The translations under genes were made by a program, and so were the position numbers. The notes beneath the pieces were generated by a model, which was given only the letters and a program-made list of their open reading frames with translations, did no database searches and was not told where the DNA came from. A DNA stretch of 63,654 bases, filler included, from Octopus bimaculoides (lineage: Eukaryota): the NCBI RefSeq assembly GCF_001194135.2. It is 5 parts of 4 records of this genome, joined end to end, with 100 filler letters (N's around TTAATTAATTAA, not from the genome) between each part and the next. Parts side by side here need not be neighbours in the genome. Positions count along the whole stretch, not along the records: positions 1 to 24,177 come from NC_068982.1; 4 more parts are not named here. One strand, 5' to 3'. Every line of letters begins with the position of its first letter. The first letter of the stretch is position 1. This document shows positions 1 through 12,449 of this stretch, one piece after another.

Positions 1-57
<57 letters not shown>

Positions 58-300
58 AATAGGGAGAGAAGGAGGGACACAGTGAGACAGAGATAGAGTG
101 CACATTCGTGTTTACGTATAGTAGTTATTAACACACACACATATATACACACAGACACACACTTACACATATATACATATGTATATACATACATACGTAC
201 ATATACACACATATATACATATGTATATACATACATACATACGTACATACACACACACATATACATATGTATACATATAAATATACTTATATATACATAG
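1..300. repeat. Compound (GA)n / (CA)n / (TA)n microsatellite
   Basis: Directly visible dinucleotide and TACA repeats. Confidence 0.95.
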
Positions 301-655
301 GGTTTGTATAGTGGGGACACGCTGTTCATTATCCTATGTCTGCTATCAGTATGTTAATTCTCATATTGTGTGACAAAGCTGAGTTCTTGTGAACAACATA
401 TTTCGTAGCCATGGGCTTCATGTAATAGGAGTGGAGGAGTTGCACTCTGATGTTCACAGGCTCTAACCAAACTTCAGTATCAAGGACGGGGAGTCTTTTG
501 TTGGGGTGCCTAGTGGGGTGATCTATAATTACCTTGATACTTTGGTGGATGGAGTTAGCTACTTGCTGGATGACTCTTAGAATGACTTCCCCAGACACAA
601 CAGAATATATTTCAATGCACGAACTCACATAAAGAATCTTGCAAACCGAATCCAA
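301..655 (-). pseudogene. Penelope-like element reverse transcriptase C-terminal (thumb) fragment
   Basis: ORF 329..655 reads DHPTRHPNKRLPVLDTEVW...HSYYMKPMATKYVVHKNSALSHNMRINIL, matching the recalled PLE pattern LPxLD..W...Y.KP.......SA.P...K..I. Truncated by an N gap. Confidence 0.7.
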
Positions 656-994
656 AAACGAAATATATATANNNNNNNNNNNNNNNNNNNNNNNNNNNNN
701 NNNNNNNNNNNNNNNNNNNNNNNNNNNNNNNNNNNNNNNNNNNNNNNNNNNNNNNNNNNNNNNNNNNNNNNNNNNNNNNNNNNNNNNNNNNNNNNNNNNN
801 NNNNNNNNNNNNNNNNNNNNNNNNNNNNNNNNNNNNNNNNNNNNNNNNNNNNNNNNNNNNNNNNNNNNNNNNNNNNNNNNNNNNNNNNNNNNNNNNNNNN
901 NNNNNNNNNNNNNNNNNNNNNNNNNNNNNNNNNNNNNNNNNNNNNNNNNNNNNNNNNNNNNNNNNNNNNNNNNNNNNNNNATATATATATGTAC

Positions 995-1025
<31 letters not shown>

Positions 1026-1084
1026 TGTGTGTGTGTGCGCGCTATTGTGTGCTTATGCGTATTTTCTTAGACTGAAATATATGA

Positions 1085-1500
1085 TAATCACACTCACGTA
1101 TTAGTTCATATGATGCAAAATGAGGAAAAAGAACGGAGTTAAAACCAAAATCATCTTTACAGTAGGCTCCTTGTTTATTCAGGAGATGTAAGTTATGAGA
1201 GAACATTAAACCTGTTAGTTGAATGGGACATCACAATAAGGTAATACGTTGGTGATGTTATGAACATAAGAAGTTCGTCTAACGAGAGTCTGTTCCACCT
1301 ATGATCGAATGGTTTCGTACATTGACATAAGGAAACAAATTTGTGAATAGAGTAAAGTGGAATAATAGAGAAAGTCTTACGATCTTTGGAAATGAATACC
1401 TGAGCGGAATCTGTAATATAATTGCGTATAATCTAATGAAGGCGACATTGTAGACAAATTTTCTTATTGTTTAGCAGACATTAATTCTTGATATCAACCC
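1085..1500 (-). pseudogene. Highly degraded PLE-like reverse transcriptase fragment
   Basis: Manual minus-strand translation gives IGGTDS (about 1300-1283) followed by AYCKDDFG (about 1167-1144). These resemble the PMGSxDS and YRDDG motifs of the PLE at 61093 and lie in the correct order. Many stops. Confidence 0.35.
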
Positions 1501-1989
1501 GCAGCTCACGTCATGTCTTCCCAACTTTTTCAAGCCAGATACGATTGGTGTGACATTCATTTGGTACATGTTTTGGAATTATGTTATATATGCAATGTAA
1601 TCAATCTACAATACGAACATTTTTCATAAGGTATTATTTATTTATCTATATCATTATTTATTTAATTATTCATTCGTGTAGGGGTTTCCGCTTTTGTGTA
1701 ACGAAGTGCCTTGACGAAATCTCTCCTTCCTCCTCCTCTTCCAACACCTCATACTTAATTTGTCAGTTCACTTCCTTTCAATCGTCACGATTTATTTCCG
1801 AGTACCTTGGTGACAATTTTCAACAATGTCGTTGATAATAGTTTGGTTGGTTTGTTGTTGGTGTTTTAGTTATATTTGGCTATTCTCCTTACCTCTCCCG
1901 CTGCTTTATTCTACTTTTTGCTGCCATTTATTGTTTGTGTTGTTTGTAGTTTTTGTTGTTATTACTGTCGTCTTCGGTCGTCGTTGATG

Positions 1990-2239
1990 CTGTTGTTGTC
2001 ATCATCATCATCGTCATCTACATCAATGCCGTTGATGCTGTGAGTGTTTACGATGGCAACTGTGTGTGTATGTGTTTGTGTGTGTGTGTGAGTTTGTGTG
2101 TGTGTGTTTGTGTGTTTGTGTGTGTGTGAGAGAGAGATATAAATAAATAGAGAGATAGAGAGAAAAATAGAGGGAGAGATAGATAGAGAGAGAGAGAGAG
2201 AGATACGAGAGAGATAAAGAAGGATAGATAGGAGAGAGG

Positions 2240-2282
<43 letters not shown>

Positions 2283-2403
2283 AGAAAGAAAGAAAGAGAA
2301 AGAGAGTGAAAGGAAACGATAAAGATAGAGAGCAAGTAAGACAAGGAGAGATAGAGAGAGAAACGGAATGAGAAAGAGAGAGAGATATTGCATATCTGTG
2401 TGT

Positions 2404-2455
<52 letters not shown>

Positions 2456-2710
2456 GAAGAAGAGAAAGATAGAGAGAGATAGAGAAAGAGAGAGAAAGAA
2501 GAAGAGAAAGATAGAGAGTAAGTAAGACAAAGAGAGAGAGAGAGGGAGAGAGAGATAGAGAGCGAAACAGAATAAGAAAGAGAGATAGACAGATATTGCA
2601 TATCTGTGTTTGTGTATTTGTGTGTATTTTATGTGTCTATTATTGTTGTTGTTATTAATGTTATTAAGTGTTGTGTATGTGCTTGTGCTTGAGTATGAGT
2701 GCGCGCGCGC
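1990..2710. repeat. Compound (CAT)/(GT)/(GA)/(GAAA) microsatellite block
   Basis: Directly visible; source of the SLSLSL/HTHT ORFs. Confidence 0.95.
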
Positions 2711-3125
2711 GCACGCATGTGTGAATTTAACGAGGAACATATAGGAATTCTGAAATGAAAGCACTAAGCTCTATCATGCCAATAAAAGCGCATTGCAGCT
2801 TATTGTAACGATCATTGTTGGAAATGTATTCGATTTACCCTTTAAGAATCATTAGATCGCTTCTAAACATAATTTTACTAGACAATGCAAGCTAAATGAT
2901 ATCCCATCGACTTTGATATTTCAATGATTGAAAAATCGAATCCATATTACGATGGAATTATACTCTATTTAATATTTAATATGTTTATCTATTCATTTAT
3001 TTATTTATGTATTTATTTGTGTGTGCTTGTGTGTAGGTGTGTGTGTGTGTGTGTTACTGCATGAGCTGTCAGAGTATCTATATGCGTGTATCTGCGTGTT
3101 TGTGTCTACTATGTGTATATATATA

Positions 3126-3163
<38 letters not shown>

Positions 3164-3339
3164 TTCATTTACATAATTTTGCTCAAGCAGCGTTTTATTA
3201 GATTTACAAATGACAATGTGATAACGTACCATGCACTATCGTCGTACTTTGCCATTGTTGCTAGAGTTGTTGTTATTGTCGATACCGCTGAAGCTATCGT
3301 GATCACCATCATCAACATCATAATCATCATAATCATTGC

Positions 3340-3385
<46 letters not shown>

Positions 3386-3425
3386 CATACACAAATACAT
3401 ACACACACACTATATGTATATACTG

Positions 3426-3462
<37 letters not shown>

Positions 3463-3679
3463 ATGAACATGTAAATATAAATATATCTACATACTATGGT
3501 AAATACATATATATATATATATGTATATATATATCTCGATATGCATGCATATATACATACATACATACTTATAAACATACATACATACATACATACATAC
3601 ATACATACACACACACATATATATATATATGTATATAAGATTCTGGGAATTATGACTAGCAGTTCGTACGCAGTAACTA

Positions 3680-3729
<50 letters not shown>

Positions 3730-4029
3730 TGTATATCTTTTTCATTTAAATTACACTGTTTTAAATTAAGATCTTCTAATAGCTTATTTGCATTGACGCA
3801 CGTGATTAGACTGGTTTGTACGTGCCTTTTGTCTCCTAGTAATCCCTAGCCTCTGGGCACATGGCTTGTTCTATTTGAAAACCAGAATTCTGGTACACGA
3901 GAAACCACAAGAAAAAAAAAAAAGAATTTTGATGCAAAAAGTGGAATGACAAGTCAAATGGTGAATAAAAACGGAAAAATAAGGTAAAGAAAAGAAAGAA
4001 AATTAACGGTAGGTCAACTCACAAGCTCT

Positions 4030-4800
4030 CTTATATACCAAAAACAGCGTTGCACCCAACCCATCAGTATCAGGATATCTAATGTCTCCTCTTCCAAAGT
4101 AATATTTGATTAGGCAGCCCCCTACTATAACAATGACTTGGCTAACAGAGGCTTCAAAGATATATTTCACCTTTCCGATTAAAAGTATGAAGCCTAAAAA
4201 TAGACCTATAGAGAGACTTAGGAAAATAATATGGTTCCAGCTCCACTTCTATCCAAGTGTTCAAACTAACGTAGGTAGGAAATTCCGGGCTCTTTTAGAT
4301 AAGCATTTTCTAGTAAACCATAAGTACAGGAAGATTTTTAATAGGCGCTCGATAAAAATATCATACAGTTGCTGCCTCAGTATGAAGACCACCATCACTG
4401 GGAAGCCTAGCAAAGAGACCACTCCCAGTTATAACCATCGGGGCCCTGAAGATTGCTCACTTGACCAGGTGTGTTTGATATATTCTGTCATTTATGAGAT
4501 AGAACTCAATGTTTCAAGATAATATAATTGAAAAGAGAAATTACATCTGTTTATATGAAGACAATTTTAAAAGAGGTTCTGCTAACGACCAGTCTTCTTT
4601 ACGGTACATCGACAAAAGTAAAGCCACTAAGTTGACTAACCACATATGGAGAGAATAGTGAAGAAATTTATGTCATATGTAAATGGAGTTAAGAGATGCA
4701 ACTTATGCATAACTGAGAGATCACACAAACATTTTAGAGCCAAGAATTCTATCGCACTACTGAATTCCTTAACCGAAGTTTTCGGCAAACACAAGCACAT
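4030..4800 (+). pseudogene. Penelope-like element (Naiad-like) 3' half: RT thumb, linker and GIY-YIG endonuclease
   Basis: IIWFQLHFYPSVQTNVGRKFRALLDKHF..HKYRKIFNRRSIKISYSC, degenerate Cys cluster (DCSLDQVCL), VIYE, then CNLCITE and KH in the frameshifted tail. Frameshifts and stops present. Confidence 0.85.
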
Positions 4801-4869
4801 GGCCAAATTTCTTTTTTTGAACTAGAGAGGACACCACCCTTTCTGGATTGAGCAGCTATCTCGCAGATT

Positions 4870-5760
4870 TCGGCCACCTCTCCATTGAATTATTCTACAT
4901 CAGCTAGTTTAGTTTGATTTCTTCTTCCTTACTCGTACCTCATTTATTATTCTACTCTCTCTATATAGCAGATCAGCCGATCTTCTTGATTTCTTCATAG
5001 ATCTTTTTTTTTTGCCCTTCTGCCAATAGGTTCTCCTTTCCCAGAAAATTATACTCTTCATCTGTTATGAGGCCAGTTAACAATTTCCGGAAATGGTAGG
5101 CAGGTAATAGATCAATTCTTGCTGGCTTCCCCTCTCTTTACTTTGTCCTGTATCAGCATTATCCTTCCTTTTGTTATCCATGTTGGTGTTACATTTTCTA
5201 TGCATTCAGTAAAAATGTCCGTATACTTTGGAGCTTTGAGCCAGGAAACCTGGCCACCATTTTGTATGTGGCCTTTCCAGTTCGATATTTTCTCGATCAT
5301 CTATTTTACTTTCTTATCCGAGATTCTTATATTTTCTTTTGTGTCGCTTCATCTTCCACTTCTACTTCAAATTCCCGTGACCAGTCTTCTATTATATTAT
5401 GTTGGAATTCTTTGGTCTAGATTTCTGACCAGAATTTTATTGTTGTTTCAGCATCTGGCATCTCATTCCTGTGATGGTCCTCTTCATTGTTCAGTTGTTT
5501 ATAGAATTTTCTTCTGTTGTTCTTGAAGCGTCTATCCTGCTAGTACTGATTTACTCTCCGTTGGTGTATGTGTTTTATTTTAACCGACATTGCTTGACTT
5601 TTATTTGTTTTAGTTCTTCTTTACTTGCAGTTCTTTCTGTCTTATGTTGTGTTTCCTTTCCAGTTCGTTCCTGTGTCTTTCTTCCACTCTCTTTTTCTAT
5701 CAGTGAATTTATCCGTCTAAGATCTCTTTTACTATCTTGTTTATCTGTCCAAGTTCTCTA
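4870..5760 (-). pseudogene. R4/Dong-type non-LTR retrotransposon, pre-RT and early RT fragment
   Basis: ISNWKGHIQNGGQVSWLK...PTWITKGRIMLIQ (consensus NWKAPGPD..QG.WLK...P.W.T.G.T.LI.K), followed by SITCL...KLLTGLI. Confidence 0.65.
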
Positions 5761-5873
5761 TTCTTCTTCTTCTTCTTCTTCTTCTTCTTCTTCTTCTTCT
5801 TCTTCTTCTTCTTCTTCTTCTTCTTCTTCTTCTTCTTCTTCTTCTTCTTCTTCTTCTCCTTCTTCTTCTTCCA
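5760..5873. repeat. (TTC)n / (GAA)n microsatellite
   Basis: Directly visible; lies between two R4-type fragments. Confidence 0.95.
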
Positions 5874-7072
5874 GAGGATAGTAACATTTTTACCTTTAAC
5901 GACTGGCTCAGCATGATGTTCACACCAGTAAGCAGGAGTACTGATTTTGTAGTGTTTACATATTTTCCAATGTAAATACTGTCCTACCCTATCGTGGTGA
6001 TTTTTATATTCGTTTGGTGTCAGCACCGGACATCCCGAGACGAGATGGTTTTCTGTTTCGTCAAATGTATCGCAGAATTTGCATTTAGCGTCAGAACCGT
6101 TTTGAAGAATGTTAGTCTGGTAGTTTTTTGTGAGCAATCTTTGATCTTGTAACATCAATATGAAACCTTCAGGCTCTGCTTTCAGTCTTGAAATTCTCAG
6201 CTACTGATGGGGTGTTGTTTGATCTACATCAGCATTTCGACTTCGAAGTATATGCTGTCCATGCAAAGACTTCTGGCACTACCGCTTCTCAGTCTGTTTC
6301 TGCCCGTTCATTTTTGCAGTCAGTCTGATCCATTTTTCTTGTTTTGCGGCAGTGGTTTCAGGTTCTTCAAATATTTCAGGGTTAATGCTAAGCTCTCTTG
6401 GGAATTTGTAAGCTTCTTTGACAACAGAATGTGATTTTTTGTTGCTTTCGTGTTTGCACACAAGTCGCAGCGTCCAGAACTTTGTACTGGATAAGTACCT
6501 ATTCATTGCTATTGCGGAAGCCCTATTGCACAGTTCCACCTGCATCATTCATCCATTATTTCTAGGTAACATCTGCTTTTGTGTGGGGGCATATTCTTTG
6601 AAATTAGTAGTTTTCTTGTCTTCCTGTCCAGGCGTTGGAGCTCTGTAAGATTCCATAAGATTCCTGTTAATGATATTAAAACTATATTGGGCTGCTGGAA
6701 ATGCCAGGGTGTTAATGGCTTCGAAGTAATTCTTAGAGTTGAGTTCAGTGTTTTGTATGAGACTCCTCATGTAATATTCCTTTGTTTTTTTTCCTTCGCA
6801 GTAGCATATTGTATACTATCTCCTTCGTTTATTCCCAGGTACTTATACATTTCTTGTGGGTCAAGCTCCTTGAATGTAGTGTTGGTATCTAATTTAATGG
6901 AAGCTGTTTGCCTGAGCTTGCCTCTTACAAGTGTTGCTTTAGCACACTTATCAAAGCCAAAGTCTGTCCCGATGTCATTGTTGACTTTTTTAACAGTGTT
7001 AGCAACCCTACAAGCTCTTCGTCATTTCTAGTAAACAGCTTCAGATCGTCCATGTAAAAGAGATGGCTTATT
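5874..7072 (-). pseudogene. R4/Dong-type non-LTR retrotransposon RT C-terminus plus CCHC knuckle
   Basis: ISHLFYMDDLKLF (YMDD at 7056-7045), DKCAKA, NYFEAINTLAFPAAQYSF, and QDQRLLTKNY...KCKFCDTFDETENHLVSGC...HDRVGQYLHWKIC. Frameshifted. Confidence 0.9.
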
Positions 7073-7359
7073 GGGGTTTGGATAATTTACCTTTGAAAAC
7101 ATGGGTATTTCGTTCAACATCCTTAAATAACCCTTCTTCAGGGACCTTTTGAGCGGGATGGGCTACTCGACGTGAAAAAAATTCTAACTGAGCCCTAACT
7201 GGAAGGTCATGCACTGTTTATCTTGATATGTCCTGCTCATATGGTTGTGATGCATGTGCCTGGTGTACCCTTATCAAATGGCTAGTCATGATGGGTATAC
7301 TGGGCTTCGTATATTTTACCCCAGTTTCACTTTGGCGGTATGTTCTACTCTCTCACTCA
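7073..7359. mobile_element. Partial copy of a roughly 550-bp non-coding interspersed element, followed by (AAT)n
   Basis: Clear alignment by eye to 60050-60350 (e.g. ACCTTTTGAGCGGGAT.GGCTACTCGAC; GATGGGTATACTGGGCTTCGTATATTTTAC). Confidence 0.8.
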
Positions 7360-8006
7360 ATCATAATAATAATAATTATAATAATAATAATAGCCATTCC
7401 GAAAAACGGGTAGACAGAACTAGTGAGACTTGATTGGCAGTCTGTCTGGTAGAAGGAACACTCTGATTTAAAAACTGGGGTAGATAGGACTCCTTAGATA
7501 GATGACAACCTGTCAGTGTCCAGCGACTCCATGCCTGGGATGAAGGCGAATGAACCTGGAATCTGAATTCTCCATCGAGCTCTACTATTCTTTTTGCCTT
7601 TTCGTAGTCTCTAAAATAAGTTCCAGTCAAGTGATGCAGTTGATGCAATCGAGTCACCCCCCACTTCCTGCCAAATTTCAGACTACGTGCCAATTGTAGA
7701 AATAATTATTTGAGCGGAAAATCAAGACAGAATTTAGTTCGTGTCTCTCTCTTTGTTCTGGATTCAAACAGGAAGTCGTGGTCACCATCGCTACTAACCT
7801 CGACATTTTCACCGCTTATTTAATCTACGATTCATTTAATCATATTATGGTTGTCTGTTTTGCTTTTAATGCTGAAATCATTTAGTAAAACTTGACACCC
7901 AATCTATTACACAACGGAAGTAGTTGACTGAGAGTTTGCAAGATATGGCAAACCAATGTGTGCATTGGCTGCAGCAGCAACAGTATTAGCATTTATGGTG
8001 GTGGTG

Positions 8007-8061
<55 letters not shown>

Positions 8062-8359
8062 AAGTAAATTACTGTCGAGTTAATCACTGCTAATCAGTAG
8101 GGAAAACCAGTTTTAAATGCGTGTAGCATCATCCTTGTCAGACATAGTTGGGTTGTACTCCAGTGTAGATCATACTTGCACCGTGTCAGTAACCGCTCAG
8201 AGATCAAGTATTTCACGGCTCAAAATATAGATACTAGGGTTTCAGTTAATTCCCTTTGTCTCTTTTACAACTGGTGATCTCTCTAACAAGAGCAATTAGT
8301 TCGATGTTGCTCTTATTTAATCTTAGATCAACCCTGACTGAAAAATCTTATGGTCAAAA

Positions 8360-8544
8360 TATATTTCAGGCGCGAATATTCCGTTTTACATTCAGAATTC
8401 AAATTCCGCCGAAGTCGACTCTGCTCTTCATCCTATCGGGGTCGATAAATTAAGTACCAGTTGCATACTGAGGTCAATCTAATCGATTTTAACCCCCACC
8501 TCCCCAAAACTTTCGGGCCTTGTGCCTAGAGTAGAAAGGAATAT
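8360..8544 (+). mobile_element. tRNA-derived SINE family 1, tail type B, 5'-degraded
   Basis: B-box-like AATTCAAATTCC, core GTCGACT..GC..TTCATCC..TCGGGGTCGATAAATTAAGTACCAG, tail GGCCTTGTGCCTAGAGTAGAAAGG. Confidence 0.8.
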
Positions 8545-9084
8545 CTCATTTTATTCAGCCATGGTGTATCTATGGCAATGATCTGAGAGAGACATTAAAT
8601 TACCGGATAAATTACCTCGTATTAATTCCGGCACTCCGAGCTGTGAACTAAAAAATCGCCGAGTTCAGCTTCTCATTTCGAAGTTGATAAATAATGTACC
8701 AGCCTTCTACTGGTGTCTTCTGTTTCTTTCTAACCTGTCTTCCCCGCTCTTTCACTATAACTACCTTTATCTCATTCTCTCTCTTGAAACTATCGTTTGT
8801 GATCGGACTTGCTGAAGTTAGGGCTACGCCAAATTTAAAAAATACCCACCAGAAGATGTATGTCACGACGGCTCAACTACGACTCCACCAAGGAGCCGGG
8901 AGCCCAGAGCATAGCAAGTTTATCTCAGACTCATTATCAAAAGTCCATCAAATCATTCTTTTGAATATAACTTTTTGAAGATTGAACTAAGTTGAAGTTC
9001 ATTTGTTGCTCAGTTGTTGTTTTCTCTGCTGCATTAGTATTAACAGTAGTAATAGAAGCAGTAATAGCAGTAGTGGTAGTGGTA

Positions 9085-9158
<74 letters not shown>

Positions 9159-9370
9159 GTTCAGTAGTTTTATTTATATAACGTGCTTTCACTTCACTAC
9201 CGAGCGCAGCTCTGTGCGCCTTGGGTATGTGCTGTGGCTTGCTGTGGTGCTCTTATGTTTACTGTATTGAAAGTGTTTTGCGTAGAATGTGTGCAGTGCC
9301 CAGTAGTGCAATCTTCTGTATGTTATATATATTTGTAAGTCCTGGTGTTTTTGTTATGTATTTGTCTGAA
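9159..9370 (-). mobile_element. 5'-truncated R4/Dong-type LINE 3' end embedded in a (TAA)n array
   Basis: Minus strand reads KYITKTPGLTNIYNIQKIALLGTAHILRKTLSIQ* plus a short 3' UTR; perfect (ATT)n on both sides. Confidence 0.8.
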
Positions 9371-9426
<56 letters not shown>

Positions 9427-10026
9427 GTAGTAGTAGTAGTAGTTGTTGCCAGAGTTGCAGTTCCTCTCGCAAGTTAAGCTCAAATCATGTAGTTGATAAT
9501 AAAGCAACAGTAACACTGACATACTGGGTTGACTACGTAGTGTTATATGCACATGCATTTGAGCGTTGGTGAATGGGTGTCCATGTACGGTAACGTGCAG
9601 GCAGTCGTGTGTGTGAGTGAATGGCGCAGAGACGATTAGTCGTAAGAAAATGGCTGGAAAACTGGACTGTTGTGTGCGTGTGTGCAGCCATATTTATATG
9701 CGCGTGTGCGCGCATGTGGGTTTGTTTGTTTGTGTGTGTGTGTGTGTGCGTGTGTGTGTCGGTGTCTGTGAGTGTGTCTGTGTGCATGGGCGTGCGTGTG
9801 TACGTGTGCGTTTGAACTTTTGGGTATGCGTGTCAGTTTCATGTGTACGCATGCGTGATTACGCACACACGCACGCGCTCGCGGGCACTCTTTAAACACG
9901 CACACACACACACACGCATTTTTATATGCACGTACACACACAAATGTTGTGTATTTGAGTACGTGTGTGTATATGTAGGCATATGCGTATTGGAGAAAAA
10001 TAGGAAATGAGAGAGAGGGGGGAGAG

Positions 10027-10068
<42 letters not shown>

Positions 10069-10733
10069 TGAGGGAGAAAGGGAGAAAGAGGGAGAAAGAG
10101 AGACAGAGAGAGAGAGAGAAATAGAGGGTGTATATTTTCGAACGGAACATTAACTGTGTAAAAGAGTAGTTTAAAAAATGGACTGAGGGTGTATGCATAC
10201 GTGACTCTATATGAGCGTTTCTTAGTGTTTCTTTGTGTTTCATGTTTAGAATGTAAGTGCGTGCATGTGTCTGTGCGTGTGTGCGTATGTGTTTGCGTGT
10301 GTGTGTATTTGGATTTGTATACGCCTCTCTTAGCACATGTGTACATATATGGAGATGTGCATGCGCGCGCTTGTATAACTCTACTTCCTGCCTTTTCACA
10401 CTGACTATGCGAGAGAACTATTGTATCGGCCGTCTCTCTTTTCACCTGCTCAGGGTGTGGCAATCTTAGAAACCACAGGAAGGAAGTGTCAGAATTTCAA
10501 ATGGCAACTGCAAGGTGTCTTTATCCAACTTGGCATCTTTCAAGCCAAAATGCCAAGTGTTGCATGTTGCATTAATACAATAGATATGTCGTCCACTGAC
10601 TTAACTTATTCATTCATTCAATCTTTCCTTGTTTCTTTGTTTCATAATATACTTTACTCTTTCTTAAATTACTATTGTCTCCTTTTCTTTCTTTCTTTCT
10701 TTCTTTCTTTCTATCTTTCTTTCTTTCTTTCTT

Positions 10734-10772
<39 letters not shown>

Positions 10773-10774
<2 letters not shown>

Positions 10775-10978
10775 AGGCACAAAGCTCGAAAGTTTTGGGA
10801 AGGAGGGGGGCAGTCGATTAGATCGACTCCAGCAAGCAACTTGTACTTAATTCATCGACCCCGAAAGGATGAAAGGCAAAGTCGACCTCGGTGGAATTTG
10901 AACTCTGAACGTAAAGACAGACAAAATACTGCTATGCATTTCGCCCAGCGTGCTAACGTTTCTGCCAGCTCGCTGCCT
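10773..10978 (-). mobile_element. tRNA-derived SINE family 1, tail B
   Basis: Reverse complement of head GGCAGCGAGCTGGCAGAAACGTTAGCACG, B box and the shared core. Confidence 0.9.
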
Positions 10979-11645
10979 TTCTTTGAATAAATCTTGATCT
11001 ACCTGTCTGTCTATCTGTCTTTCTGTATGTGTGTCTGTCTGTCTGTGTGTCTGTCTGTCTGTGTGTCTGTCTGTGTGTCTGTCTGTCTGTGTGTCTGTCT
11101 GTGTGTCTGTCTGCCTGTGTGCCTCTCTGTATGTGCATTTGTCTGTCTATCGGTCTGCCTGTCTGCCTGTCTGCCTATCTATCTAAAACAAAAGATACGT
11201 CTCTCAGCCAAAAAAAAAAAAAGAAAAAATGAAAAAAGGAATAAATCTAATTTCTAGTCTTATGTTTGAGTTTCATATTATATATATATATGTATATATA
11301 TATGTATATATATATATATAACATTTATCTACTGTCTACGGACAGATTATCAGCTTACTGCTATTCCTAATATATCCAAACTCAGACAGAATTAAATTGA
11401 TCTCACTGTGTAAGGCATGTACTATTAAGTAATACATTCACGTTTTTAGCGAATTCACTTCAATACAAACTACACAGCTTATTTAGTCCTGTAAAAGTGT
11501 GACTACTCTACATATAACTAAAGCTAAATCTCTCCTTCGTTGAAAATGTGTTTTATTTCTTTTATAAAGATTTAAAATGACTAAAATAAGTCCAACTTAC
11601 CTCTTTACTGGCCAACTTGATGATAAAATCCTGGTGTGAGGTGTG

Positions 11646-11917
11646 TTGTTTGTTCCTTCTCGAGCCAAACCTGGCTCATAAGGGCCGGTTTCCTGGTTTC
11701 ATTGGCGTATAGGTTCCTCATCTGGACGGGATGCCGGTCCGTCGCAGGAGGAAAGAGTGAGTGGAACAGTCAGCAGAAGTTCGCCATTACCTTCTGCTAG
11801 CGCTGCGAGAGCTTAGGTGTTTCACTCATAAATACAAACATCGCTCGGTCTGAGATTCGAACCCGTGATCCCTCGACCACGATGTCTGCTGCTCTAACCA
11901 CTAGGCCATGTGCTGCC
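11646..11917 (-). mobile_element. tRNA-derived SINE (family 3 head) with a V-domain-like central segment
   Basis: Minus strand: TGGCCTAGTGGTTAGAGC (A box), GGGTTCGAATC (B box), then TGCGACGGACCGGCATCCCGTCCAG, resembling the recalled V-SINE domain. Confidence 0.7.
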
Positions 11918-11970
11918 GGTGTGAGGTATTCCTTGTTCTTTATTTATTTTTATTGTTATGAGAATTTCAC

Positions 11971-12355
11971 GTGGAGGTGCAATGGCCCAGTGGTTAGGGC
12001 AGCGGACTCGCGGTCATGGGATCGCGGTTTCGATTCCCAGACCGGGCGTTGTGAGTGTTTATTGAGCGAAAACACCTAAGGCTCCACGAGGCTCCGGCAG
12101 GGGATGGTGGCGAACCCTGCTGTACTCTTCCACCACAACTTTCTCTCACTCTTACTTCCTGTTTCTGTTGTGCCTGTAATTCAAAGGGTCAGCCTTGTCA
12201 CACTGTGTCGCGCTGAATATCCCCAAGAACTACGTTAAGGGTACACGTGTCTGTGGAGTGCTCAGCCACTTGCACGTTAATTTTACGAGCAGGCTGTTCC
12301 GTCAATCGGATCAATTCGAACCCTCGACGTCGTAAGCGACGGAGTGCCAACAACA
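11971..12355 (+). mobile_element. Full-length tRNA-derived SINE family 3
   Basis: A box TGGCCCAGTGG, B box GTTTCGATTCCC, body matching 60749-60990 and 28038-28200, ends in CAACAACA. Confidence 0.9.
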
Positions 12356-12418
12356 TGAGAATTTCATATCTAATGCTGACAACTGCCACATCCACAAAGG
12401 ATACCGGCATCACATTAA

Positions 12419-12449
<31 letters not shown>

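Noticed and set aside
7376-7693. Protein-looking ORF (DYEKAKRIVELDGEFRFQVH)
   Set aside because: Its 5' part aligns to a degenerate reverse copy of SINE family 1 and the rest looks like another repeat tail.
11971-12050. tRNA gene
   Set aside because: It has A and B boxes but runs straight into a repeated SINE body, with no proper acceptor stem or T-run terminator.
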